This document shows positions 19,091-27,908 of a DNA stretch of 64,000 bases, one piece after another. The notes under the pieces were generated by a model, which was given only the letters and a program-made list of their open reading frames with translations, did no database searches and was not told the DNA's origin. A program made the position numbers and the translations under genes. The stretch lies in sequence record SRR20825019_624; one strand, given 5' to 3'. Within the stretch, counting starts at the first letter, position 1; every line of letters starts with the position of its first letter.

Positions 19091-20524
19091 GTGGACAAGT
19101 TTTATAATTATATCGACGGCGCATGGGTTGAAGGCGAGAGCTACGTCCAGAACATAAACCCATCAAACACAGCGGATGTGATTGGCGAGTATGCGCAAGC
19201 CAGCCGGGAGCAGACGCAAGCGGCGATCTCAGCCGCAAACGCGGCGGCGCATGGCTGGGCACGGTCTGGCATTCAGGCGCGGTTCGATGCGCTTGATTAT
19301 ATCGGCACCCAGCTTCTGGCACGCAAGGAAGAGCTTGGCGAGCTGCTGTCACGCGAAGAAGGCAAAACCCGCGCTGAAGGCATTGGCGAGGTTGCACGCG
19401 CGGGCCAGATATTCAAGTTTTTTGCAGGTGAAACCCTGCGCCCGGGTGGTGAAGCGCTGCCGTCTACCCGCCCCGGCATGGGGGTTGAACTGACCCGTGA
19501 ACCCTTGGGCGTGATTGGCATGATCACACCGTGGAACTTCCCCATTGCGATCCCTGCGTGGAAGATTGCGCCCGCGCTTGCTTACGGAAACTGCGTGGTG
19601 TTCAAACCCGCAGGGCTTGTGCCCGGTTCCGCTTGGGCGCTCGCAGATATCATTGCGCAAGCAGGCTTGCCTAAGGGCGTGTTTAATCTGGTGATGGGCT
19701 CTGGCCGCGTGGTGGGCGATGCGATCGTGAATTCAGACGGCATTGATGGCATCAGCTTCACCGGCAGCGTGCCCACGGGGCGTGATATTCTCGCGAAAGC
19801 CGCTGCGCGCGGCGCCAAGGTTCAGCTTGAGATGGGCGGCAAAAACCCGCTTGTGGTGCTGGATGACGCCAACCTCGATGTTGCTGTTGATTGCGCGCTT
19901 CAGGGTGCTTTTTTCTCAACCGGCCAGCGCTGTACGGCATCCTCCCGTTTGATTGTGACGGAAGGTATCCATGACCGTTTTATCGCCGCGCTTACGGAAG
20001 CAACCGCCAAGCTGCGGGTTGGTGATGCGCTCAAGGCTGAGACCCAGATCGGGCCGGTGGTGGACAAGGGCCAGCTTGATAGCAACATGCGCTATGTGGA
20101 ACAGGCGGTGGCAGAAGGCGGCACGTTGGCGTGCGGTGGTGAACTGATAGGTGGTGACGGTTTTTACATGAGCCCGGCGCTGATCACCAACACCACGCCT
20201 GATATGACCATCAACCGGGAAGAAGTGTTCGGCCCGGTGGCCAGTGTTGTGAAGGTGAAGGACTATAAAGAAGCACTTCGGGTGGCGAATGACTGCGAGT
20301 TTGGCTTGTCGTCTGGTATTTGCACATCGTCGCTTGAATATGCGACCGACTTTAAGCGCAACGCAGAAGCGGGCATGGTGATGGTGAACCTGCCGACCGC
20401 AGGGGTGGATTATCACGTACCGTTTGGCGGGCGTAAAGGCTCAAGCTACGGCAGCCGCGAACAGGGCGCTTATGCGCGGGAGTTCTATACCACCGTGAAA
20501 ACCGCCTACATCCGGTCAGTGTAA
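19091..20524 (+). CDS. Aldehyde dehydrogenase, probable alpha-ketoglutarate semialdehyde dehydrogenase
   Basis: ITPWNFPIAIPAWK, SFTGS, LEMGGKNP, GQRCTAS, EEVFGP; hydroxyproline operon context. Confidence 0.88.
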   Translation: MDKFYNYIDGAWVEGESYVQNINPSNTADVIGEYAQASREQTQAAISAANAAAHGWARSGIQARFDALDYIGTQLLARKEELGELLSREEGKTRAEGIGEVARAGQIFKFFAGETLRPGGEALPSTRPGMGVELTREPLGVIGMITPWNFPIAIPAWKIAPALAYGNCVVFKPAGLVPGSAWALADIIAQAGLPKGVFNLVMGSGRVVGDAIVNSDGIDGISFTGSVPTGRDILAKAAARGAKVQLEMGGKNPLVVLDDANLDVAVDCALQGAFFSTGQRCTASSRLIVTEGIHDRFIAALTEATAKLRVGDALKAETQIGPVVDKGQLDSNMRYVEQAVAEGGTLACGGELIGGDGFYMSPALITNTTPDMTINREEVFGPVASVVKVKDYKEALRVANDCEFGLSSGICTSSLEYATDFKRNAEAGMVMVNLPTAGVDYHVPFGGRKGSSYGSREQGAYAREFYTTVKTAYIRSV

Positions 20525-20537
20525 GCGGTTAAGGTTA

Positions 20538-22322
20538 TTATACCGGTTCAGTGGCGCGGGTGAGCCAATCTGCATCCGCGCCATTTACTTGCGGCATCAG
20601 CTCAGCCCGCACGCGGGCGTGATAGGCGTTCAGCCAATCAACCTCGGCTTTCGTGAGCATGGAAAAATCAATCGGGCGTGTATCAATGGGCACGAGCGTG
20701 AGGTCATTCAGTTCAAGGAAGCCGTCTTCCCCTTCCACAATCTCGCACAGGTTTTCAATGCGAATGCCAAACTTGTCAGCTTCGTAATAGCCGGGTTCGT
20801 TGGTGATGGTCATGCCCGCCGATAACTCAACATCGTTTATCGCTTTGCCAATGCGCTGCGGCCCTTCATGTACGCTGAGGCAAACGCCCACGCCGTGGCC
20901 GGTGCCGTGGTCATAATCAAGCCCGGCCTGCCAAAGTGGGATGCGGGCAACCGCGTCAATATGGTGGCCTTTGGTGCCCTTGGGGAAACGAAGTTGCGCC
21001 AGTGCTATATGGCCCTTGAGCACACGGGTATAGCGGTCGCGGTATTCATCGCTGATTTTACCAATGGGCACAGAGCGTGTGGTGTCTGTGGTGCCGTCCA
21101 GATACTGGCCGCCACTATCCAGCAGATAGGTGCTGTCCGCGCCCACACTCGCTTGCGCATCTTTGGTTGGGGCATAGTGGCACAGGGCGGCGTTGCCGTC
21201 TGTGGCTGAGATGCTTTCAAAGCTTGGTTCCATGAACTGGTTGGCTTCCTTGCGGTAGCCGAGGATGGCGTCTGCCGCTTCAAGCTCCGTGATCGGGTTG
21301 CCAGCATTGGCGCGGCTTGCGGCGTTCCCCTCCAGCCAGTGCAGGAACTTCACCCACGCCACGCTGTCGCGCGCGTTGGCGGCTCGCATGGCGGACATTT
21401 CAGCCGTGTTTTTGTGGGCTTTGGCGCGTAGCACCGGGTCGGGCGCGTCATGCACGGTCCCGCCTGCGCGCACTACCGTTTGTGCGCAGATGGCGGGGCA
21501 CCAGTTGCCGTCGATCCAGATGGTCTCATGCGTGTTTGCATAATCAGCAAGTGTGGTGAGGAAAGTGCCGGGCGCGTGGACTGTAACACCCTCAAGATTG
21601 ATATCCGTGCGGGCGCGGGCCAGCTTCGTATCGTCGATAAACCAGTCAGCCTTGCCATTTGCTGCCAGGATAATAAAACCCTGCGGCATGGGGTTATAGG
21701 CCACATCACCGCCGCGCACATTCATCAGCCACGCCATATTGTCAGGCAGGGTCAGCACCAGCCGGTCAGCGCCCGCATCTGATACTATCTTGCCGATTCG
21801 TTGGCGGCGCTCAGGCGCGCTCTCGCCCGCCATTTCCTCAGGGTAAGCAATCACATCGGCCATCGGGCGGGCGGGCCTGTCATGCCAAATAGTATCAATG
21901 GGGTTTTGCTCCACCGCGATCAGCTTTGCGCCGACGGCCGTCACCTCCGTCTCCAGCGCCTTCACCTGTGCGGGCGTATGCAGCCATGGATCATAAGCAA
22001 TGCACTCGCCTTTGCCCGCATTAGCCCGCAGCCATTTGGCGGGTGGGTTATTGTGCAGGTGTTGGTGCGAGAAGGTCTTGAGGTCTACCTCGCGCGCGAC
22101 CTGCACCGTATAGCGGCCATCAACAAAAATGGCGGCGTCATGCGCACGCACCAATCCTATGCCAGCAGAGCCAGTGAAGCCGGTAAGCCATTTCAGCCGC
22201 TTGTCGCACGGCGCGATATATTCACCCTGGTGTGCGTCCGCGAGCGGGACGAGGAAAGCGTCATAACCTTTGGCCGCCATTTCTTGCCGGAGGGCGGTAA
22301 GCCGGGCTGCGTCTGACATCAT
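20538..22322 (-). CDS. Xaa-Pro aminopeptidase (M24B, aminopeptidase P, ~600-aa type)
   Basis: D.HQGEY, WLTGFTGSAG, FVDGRYT.Q, LLDSGGQYLDGTTDTTR, HGTGHGVG..L.VHEGP, NEPGYY, GIRIEN. Confidence 0.93.
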   Translation of the reverse strand: MMSDAARLTALRQEMAAKGYDAFLVPLADAHQGEYIAPCDKRLKWLTGFTGSAGIGLVRAHDAAIFVDGRYTVQVAREVDLKTFSHQHLHNNPPAKWLRANAGKGECIAYDPWLHTPAQVKALETEVTAVGAKLIAVEQNPIDTIWHDRPARPMADVIAYPEEMAGESAPERRQRIGKIVSDAGADRLVLTLPDNMAWLMNVRGGDVAYNPMPQGFIILAANGKADWFIDDTKLARARTDINLEGVTVHAPGTFLTTLADYANTHETIWIDGNWCPAICAQTVVRAGGTVHDAPDPVLRAKAHKNTAEMSAMRAANARDSVAWVKFLHWLEGNAASRANAGNPITELEAADAILGYRKEANQFMEPSFESISATDGNAALCHYAPTKDAQASVGADSTYLLDSGGQYLDGTTDTTRSVPIGKISDEYRDRYTRVLKGHIALAQLRFPKGTKGHHIDAVARIPLWQAGLDYDHGTGHGVGVCLSVHEGPQRIGKAINDVELSAGMTITNEPGYYEADKFGIRIENLCEIVEGEDGFLELNDLTLVPIDTRPIDFSMLTKAEVDWLNAYHARVRAELMPQVNGADADWLTRATEPV

Positions 22323-22339
22323 CAAAATCCTGCTGTTTG

Positions 22340-22999
22340 TTATTTATCGTGATCACGGAGGTAAGCGACAAGGTCGTCCCGCGCGCCATTGATATGGTCT
22401 TTGAGAAGGCCGACGGCCTCGTTTTTGCGGCGCTGTTCACATAGCGTGATCAGGCGTTCATGTTCCTCGTTGGCGCGGTCACGGTTGCCTTCCGAAAGCG
22501 AGAGCTGGATACGCACATAGCGGTCCAGATTGTCGTGAATTTTTTTCACCATCTCAAGCGTAATGGGGCGGTTGGCTTCCGTGTAGATCACTTCATGCAT
22601 TTGCCAGTTCAGCTCACCGCGCCGCGAGGGGTTCGAGGTGTTCATGCGCTCCGCCAGTTTGCGGGCTTTGCTGATCACGTCTTCATCCAGATGGTCGATC
22701 GCGCTGGCGAGAAGTTCGGCCTCAAGGGTCGCGCGGATGTCAAAATATTCGGTGATCTCGTCCGTGGAAAGGCGGGAGACGATGGTGCCTTTATAAGGCA
22801 CGTTTACCACAAGACCTTCGGCTTCCAACTGCTGGTAAGCTTCACGGAGCGGGATGCGGCTGACACCAAGGCGCTGGGCAATATCGTCTTGCCGTAGCTG
22901 TTCGCCTTGTTCAAACTCACCCCTGAGGATCATCTCCCTCAGGGCATCTGCAACCTGCACGGCCAGCGATTTACGCGCCAGCTTTTGTGTGCCCGCCAT
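22340..22999 (-). CDS. GntR-family (FadR/FCD) transcriptional regulator, probable hydroxyproline regulator
   Basis: N-terminal wHTH (LGVSRIPLREA..QLEAEGLV) plus FCD domain (N..MH, EH..L, H). Confidence 0.88.
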   Translation of the reverse strand: MAGTQKLARKSLAVQVADALREMILRGEFEQGEQLRQDDIAQRLGVSRIPLREAYQQLEAEGLVVNVPYKGTIVSRLSTDEITEYFDIRATLEAELLASAIDHLDEDVISKARKLAERMNTSNPSRRGELNWQMHEVIYTEANRPITLEMVKKIHDNLDRYVRIQLSLSEGNRDRANEEHERLITLCEQRRKNEAVGLLKDHINGARDDLVAYLRDHDK

Positions 23000-23052
23000 T
23001 GAAAACTCCTACCCGAATTTTTTATAAATGCATTCCCCCCTGCATATAGGCT

Positions 23053-23068
23053 AATTTATATACAATAT
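23053..23068. promoter_or_regulatory. Second GntR-type operator (AATTTATATACAATAT), probable autoregulatory site
   Basis: Shares the TATACAATAT half with the site at 16924; both are followed closely by GCAATT. Lies upstream of gntR. Confidence 0.55.
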
Positions 23069-23250
23069 GCAATTAAAGCAGCGGTTTATGCAGATATTTG
23101 CGTGTTTGGCGGCTGTGTTCTTGATATATCGCTCAATAAATGGTTAAAAATTGAATCAACTGTTTACTGTTTTCACACAAAAGGGCGTTACGCTGTGATT
23201 CATCGACACCTGATCCTTAAACCTCGTCTTTGCCCGGAGTAGCAGTGAGT

Positions 23251-23919
23251 ATGGACCTCAAGACGCTAACCAACATGTTCCCCTCCCATAAACTGGTGAT
23301 GGGGGAGCAGTTCGCGCAGGAAAACATCACCGCGCTGAAAGTGAAAAGTGTCCTTCGGTGGTCCGACACGATTTTTGTGAATTGCGATTTTTCAGAAGCC
23401 CACTTTCACCTGCTGATTCTCTCTGGCGCCATCTTCTTCAAGTGCGATTTTTCAGGTGCGTCTTTTTCCGCATGCGATGTGGACCAAACCGAGTTCATCG
23501 CCTGCAACATGACCTGTACGAGCTTTGAAGGCTCCTGTGTGCAGGACACCAGTTTTACGGATTGCATTATCGGCGGCATGATCGGCCCGCAGGATTTTGA
23601 AAGCTGCAGCTTCTATAGCGTGCGCTATTCACGTCATATCCCGATTGTCTCGAACGTTCCCTATTATGTCGTGACGACGCCAGAGCGCCCCTTGCACGTG
23701 TTTTGTACGCCCAATGCGTGGCGGCTGCACGGCAAGGGAGTGCGCATGACAGTGGCGCCTGACGAGGTCATCGGCCTTGAGGAACCTTATAAATCTGCCG
23801 TGCGGTATGTGCTGGAGATGGAACAGTCTGTTGGCCGACGTGCAGTTGCGGGTTTCTGGGCGGAAAGCCCTTCAACCGAGGACGCGCAAAGCAACATTGA
23901 CGCCCACGATATCCCTTAA
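23251..23919 (+). CDS. Pentapeptide-repeat protein with unknown C-terminal domain
   Basis: Tandem CDFSE/AHFHL/AIFFK/CDFSG/ASFSA/TEFIA/TSFEG/TSFTD pentapeptides. ATG 23251 is likely; the ORF caller uses TTG 23230. Confidence 0.75.
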   Translation: MDLKTLTNMFPSHKLVMGEQFAQENITALKVKSVLRWSDTIFVNCDFSEAHFHLLILSGAIFFKCDFSGASFSACDVDQTEFIACNMTCTSFEGSCVQDTSFTDCIIGGMIGPQDFESCSFYSVRYSRHIPIVSNVPYYVVTTPERPLHVFCTPNAWRLHGKGVRMTVAPDEVIGLEEPYKSAVRYVLEMEQSVGRRAVAGFWAESPSTEDAQSNIDAHDIP

Positions 23920-23963
23920 GCTGATTCCCTGTTTCTCGAACAGACCTTATTTTCCGAGCAGAC

Positions 23964-24935
23964 CTATTTTCCGAACAAAAACGTGAGTGCGCCGGGCAGT
24001 CGCGCGTTCCATGCTTCCTCATTGTGCGCCGCGCCAGGCGCTGCGACTGTCACCCAGCTCGCAGGCGTGAACCCTTTCTCCGCCATCAGGGCATCCACCT
24101 TTTCCTGCAAGGGCGGGTAATGGGCATCCAGCGTCTGGTCACCATGGTCGAAATAGATTTTGTGGTCCTCAGGCGCAGGCAGGTGGCCTTTCATATAGTC
24201 GAGGAACGCCTCGGGCACGCCGTCCATGTCTTCAGGGTCAACACCGGGCCAGTGGGTGGACATACAGCCTGCGCCGCCAAAAACATCCGGATATTCACTG
24301 ATGGCATAAAGCGATATCAGCCCACCCATGCTTGAGCCCATCACCGCAGTATGGGCAGCGTCTGGCCGGGTGGCATAGTTGCGGTCGATATAGGGCTTGA
24401 GTTCCTTGACCAGAAATTTGAGATATTCGTCCGCCATCAGTTGGTCGCTCTCAAACCCATAGAGGCTTTCCTGCTTCTCGCGCGGCAGCATATAATATGC
24501 TTTTTCAGGGAAATATTCTTTGTGGCGCAGTTGCCCGGCGTTAAAGACGCCCACTACCATCAGGTCTTCGATCTTGCCTTCGCGCATCAGCTTGGTGGCA
24601 ACTTCATCAACACCCCATTCCTGCTTGTTCCAGCTGCTGCTGGCATCAAACAACATCTGCCCGTCATGCATATAAAGCACTGAATAGCTTTTTCGCTCAT
24701 CATATCCCTCAGGCACCCAGATGTGCACGGTGCGGGGGCCGATCTGCTCAGAGCGGAAACCGGTGATCACTTCAACCCGCCCGGCGCTGACTTCGGGCAC
24801 TGGGCTTTTAGGCGTCTCGGTTTCGCTCACCTCATCAGGTATGCCGTCTTTGTTTTCCTCGGCGGCTTTTTCATCGGAGCAGGCAAACAGCATTCCGGCC
24901 GCAAGGGCAGTGAGCCAAAAGTTTCTCGTTTTCAT
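23964..24935 (-). CDS. Lipoprotein alpha/beta-hydrolase esterase (PF00756-like)
   Basis: Lipobox LFAC; VLYMHDGQMLFD; nucleophile GSSMGG; HNE..W. Confidence 0.87.
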   Translation of the reverse strand: MKTRNFWLTALAAGMLFACSDEKAAEENKDGIPDEVSETETPKSPVPEVSAGRVEVITGFRSEQIGPRTVHIWVPEGYDERKSYSVLYMHDGQMLFDASSSWNKQEWGVDEVATKLMREGKIEDLMVVGVFNAGQLRHKEYFPEKAYYMLPREKQESLYGFESDQLMADEYLKFLVKELKPYIDRNYATRPDAAHTAVMGSSMGGLISLYAISEYPDVFGGAGCMSTHWPGVDPEDMDGVPEAFLDYMKGHLPAPEDHKIYFDHGDQTLDAHYPPLQEKVDALMAEKGFTPASWVTVAAPGAAHNEEAWNARLPGALTFLFGK

Positions 24936-25049
24936 CGTGTTTTCCGCTCCGTCATTTCTCCAGCATCCTTTTTAGTATCATATTTTTTTAAGGCAGGCAT
25001 ATGGCGGGGTGCATTGCCCTTCACCGTGGTTGCATTGGTGATCGCTTTA

Positions 25050-25065
25050 TTGACAGCGCTGTCAC
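25050..25065. promoter_or_regulatory. LacI-family operator TTGACAGCGCTGTCAC between the esterase and the SSS transporter
   Basis: 15/16 match to the palindrome; followed by a CTATAT -10-like element. Confidence 0.8.
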
Positions 25066-25189
25066 TATGGCTATATGCTCCCCTCCGGGAAGTTCCGGGC
25101 TGCGAGCGAGCTGTATATTCAGTGTGTTCAAGCAGGTGCCGGAAAATACATAAGGTTCTTAAATATATAAGATTCTAGGGGAGTGAGCG

Positions 25190-26782
25190 ATGGGATCCAT
25201 CGACTGGGGCGTTCTCGCCATCTATTTTGTCATCATATTTGGTGTGGCTATCTGGGCCGGGCGGCAGGAACGCAAAGGCGGCGAGTCGGAAGACTTCTTC
25301 CTTGCGGGTCGTAACGTCGGCTGGTTTGTGATCGGTGCCTCGCTTTTTGCTTCCAACATCGGGTCAGAGCACCTGATCGGCCTTGCTGGCACGGGTGCTT
25401 CCTCTGGTGTGCCGGTGGCGCAGTTTGAAATTATCGCGGGTCTTGTGCTCCTGCTTCTCGGGTGGCTTTTTGTGCCGTTTTACATTGCCTCAGGCGTGTT
25501 CACGATGCCGGAGTTTCTTGAGCGGCGGTATTCGCAGGGCTCACGCACTTATCTGGCGGTCATTTCGGTCGCGGGGTATATCCTCACCAAAATCTCCGTC
25601 ACTGTCATGGCGGGCGGCCTGGTGTTTGAAACCCTGATGGGCATCGATTTCTGGACAGGGGCCACCATTGTGGTGGTCGCAACAGCCATCTATACGGTTT
25701 GGGGCGGGCTTCGTGCTGTGCTCTATACTGACCTTGTGCAGATGTTTGTGCTGCTTGGCGGTGCCATTGCCGTGACATGGTTCGGACTTCAGGCCGTTGG
25801 CGGTTGGGGTGAGTTGCGCGCCACCGTTGGCGAAGAAGCCTTCAGCCTGTGGCGCCCGATGACAGACCCTGAATTCCCATGGACAGGTATTCTGTTCGGT
25901 GCGCCTATCCTTGGCATTTGGTACTGGTGTACAGACCAATATATCGTGCAGCGTGTGCTGTCGGCCAAAAGCCAGGACGATGCGCGCAAGGGTACGATCT
26001 TTGCTGCTTACCTGAAGCAACTGCCCATCTTCATTTTTGTGGTGCCGGGCATTATTGCCATGGCGCTCGCCGAAAAAGGCATGATCACGCTTGACCAGCC
26101 TGACCAGGCGCTGCCCGCATTGATGGGAGCCTTGTTGCCGGTGGGTGTTAAAGGCCTTGTGGTTGCGGGTCTTCTGGCGGCACTGATGAGCTCGCTCTCC
26201 AGCGTGTTCAACAGCTGTTCCACCGTTTTTACCATGGATATTTACCAGCGTATCAAACCAGCGTCATCTGACCATCACCTCAAGCGGGTGGGGCAGGTTG
26301 CCACCATTATCATGGTGATCCTCGGCATGGCGTGGATTCCGCTGATGGAGCTGATCTCGGACAAGATCTACACTTATATCCAAAGTGTGCAGGCTTATAT
26401 TTCACCGCCCATCGCCGCCGTGTTCCTTATCGGTATTTTGTGGAAACGCGCAAACGCAACTGGTGCGCTGGCGTCCCTGATGACAGGCCTTGTGCTGGGT
26501 GTAAGCCGCTTGGTGCTTGAAGCCAACAAGGACAGCCTTGATGGTGTGCTCTACTCGCTGGCTACTTTCAACTTCCTGCATGTTGCGATCTTCCTGTTCC
26601 TGATCTGTGTTGCGGTTCTTGTGATAGTGAGCTTGCTGACAGATGAGCCGGAAGAAGAGAAAGTTGCAGGGCTTACCATGTCTGCACGCGGCGCGGCTGC
26701 GGTGGGGGCAACCCCTCAAGCCAAGTGGGCCAGTATCGGTGTTCTTGTCCTTATTGGCGTAATGTGGATTTATTTTTCCTGA
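25190..26782 (+). CDS. Sodium:solute symporter, SGLT-like sugar transporter
   Basis: FFLAGR, SLFASNIGSEHLIGLAG, TMPEFLERRY, WYWCTDQYIVQRVLSA, AALMSSLSSVFNS; many TM segments. Confidence 0.93.
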   Translation: MGSIDWGVLAIYFVIIFGVAIWAGRQERKGGESEDFFLAGRNVGWFVIGASLFASNIGSEHLIGLAGTGASSGVPVAQFEIIAGLVLLLLGWLFVPFYIASGVFTMPEFLERRYSQGSRTYLAVISVAGYILTKISVTVMAGGLVFETLMGIDFWTGATIVVVATAIYTVWGGLRAVLYTDLVQMFVLLGGAIAVTWFGLQAVGGWGELRATVGEEAFSLWRPMTDPEFPWTGILFGAPILGIWYWCTDQYIVQRVLSAKSQDDARKGTIFAAYLKQLPIFIFVVPGIIAMALAEKGMITLDQPDQALPALMGALLPVGVKGLVVAGLLAALMSSLSSVFNSCSTVFTMDIYQRIKPASSDHHLKRVGQVATIIMVILGMAWIPLMELISDKIYTYIQSVQAYISPPIAAVFLIGILWKRANATGALASLMTGLVLGVSRLVLEANKDSLDGVLYSLATFNFLHVAIFLFLICVAVLVIVSLLTDEPEEEKVAGLTMSARGAAAVGATPQAKWASIGVLVLIGVMWIYFS

Positions 26783-26830
26783 TTACCCGGCTATCAGAGA
26801 ACGGATGCAAATATGGGTAAAGGGGGCCAC

Positions 26831-27853
26831 ATGCGCTCAGTAACCATCGACGACGTGGCCAAAAAGGCAGGTGTTTCGATCAAAACGGTCTCCCGGGTAG
26901 TAAACCGGGAGCCGAACGTGCGCGCCGCAACCAAAGAAAAAGTGGATGCGGCCATCAAGGAACTGAACTACCGGCCAAACCAGTCGGCGCGTGGCCTTGC
27001 GGCGCGCCGGTCCTATATGATCGGGTTACTGTATGACAACCCGAGCCCCAGTTATCTCGCCAATCTGCAGGGCGGTGTACTGGAAGCCTGCCATGAAAAA
27101 GGTTATGGCCTCGCGCTCAACCCGGTGTCTTTTCATGATGAAGATATGGTGGACACGGTAGTGCACTGGGTGCGCCAGGCATTCATTGACGGGGTGATTG
27201 TCACCCCGCCGCTGACCGATAGCGCAGCTCTGCTTGATGCGCTGAAGGAGCAGAACATCCCGGCGGTTGTTGTGTCATCCCGCGGTACAGGGGACGCGCC
27301 CGCGGCCCTGATTGATGAGGAAGAAGCAGCCTTCCAGATGGCGCAGCATCTGATAGCAGGCGGGCACAAAAACATCGGCTTTATCAAAGGCCACCCGGAC
27401 CACTATGCCAGCAGCCTGCGGGAGGCTGGTTTTATGCGCGCCATGAAAGGCGCTGGCCTGCCTGTTGCGCCTGAGTGTGTGAAACAGGGGTATTTTGATT
27501 TTGGTTCAGGCCAGAAAGCGGCGATTGAACTTCTTGATATGCCCAACCGACCCACCGCAATTTTTGCGTCAAACGATGACATGGCAGCAGCGGTGATTTT
27601 TGAGGCCCATGAGCGCAAGATTGACGTGCCGTCCATGCTGGCAGTGGCCGGTTTTGATGATACACCACTCTCGCGTCAGGTGTGGCCGGGGCTGACGACC
27701 GTGCGGCAGCCGATCCGCGCCATGGGGCGGCAGGCAACGGAAGTTATCTTGGGTGCTATCGCGGCAGGCCGTGCACAAGCCTATGAAAATGCAGAAGAAA
27801 TAAAGATCGAGTTTGAGTTAATGCTACGCGGCTCGACGCGAGCCGAGCGCTAG
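26831..27853 (+). CDS. LacI-family transcriptional regulator
   Basis: TIDDVAKKAGVSIKTVSRVVN, YRPNQSARGLA, PTAIFASNDDMA, GFDD, LTTVRQP. Alternative ATG at 26813. Confidence 0.93.
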   Translation: MRSVTIDDVAKKAGVSIKTVSRVVNREPNVRAATKEKVDAAIKELNYRPNQSARGLAARRSYMIGLLYDNPSPSYLANLQGGVLEACHEKGYGLALNPVSFHDEDMVDTVVHWVRQAFIDGVIVTPPLTDSAALLDALKEQNIPAVVVSSRGTGDAPAALIDEEEAAFQMAQHLIAGGHKNIGFIKGHPDHYASSLREAGFMRAMKGAGLPVAPECVKQGYFDFGSGQKAAIELLDMPNRPTAIFASNDDMAAAVIFEAHERKIDVPSMLAVAGFDDTPLSRQVWPGLTTVRQPIRAMGRQATEVILGAIAAGRAQAYENAEEIKIEFELMLRGSTRAER

Positions 27854-27908
27854 ACGCTCATACTTTTATCCGCTACGCTCCCCCACAGAAAAAATGGGGA
27901 GCCTATCT

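Noticed and set aside
23133-23170. CtrA boxes (TCAA-N7-TTAA) upstream of the pentapeptide gene
   Set aside because: Only imperfect matches within AT-rich DNA; not distinguishable from chance without conservation data.
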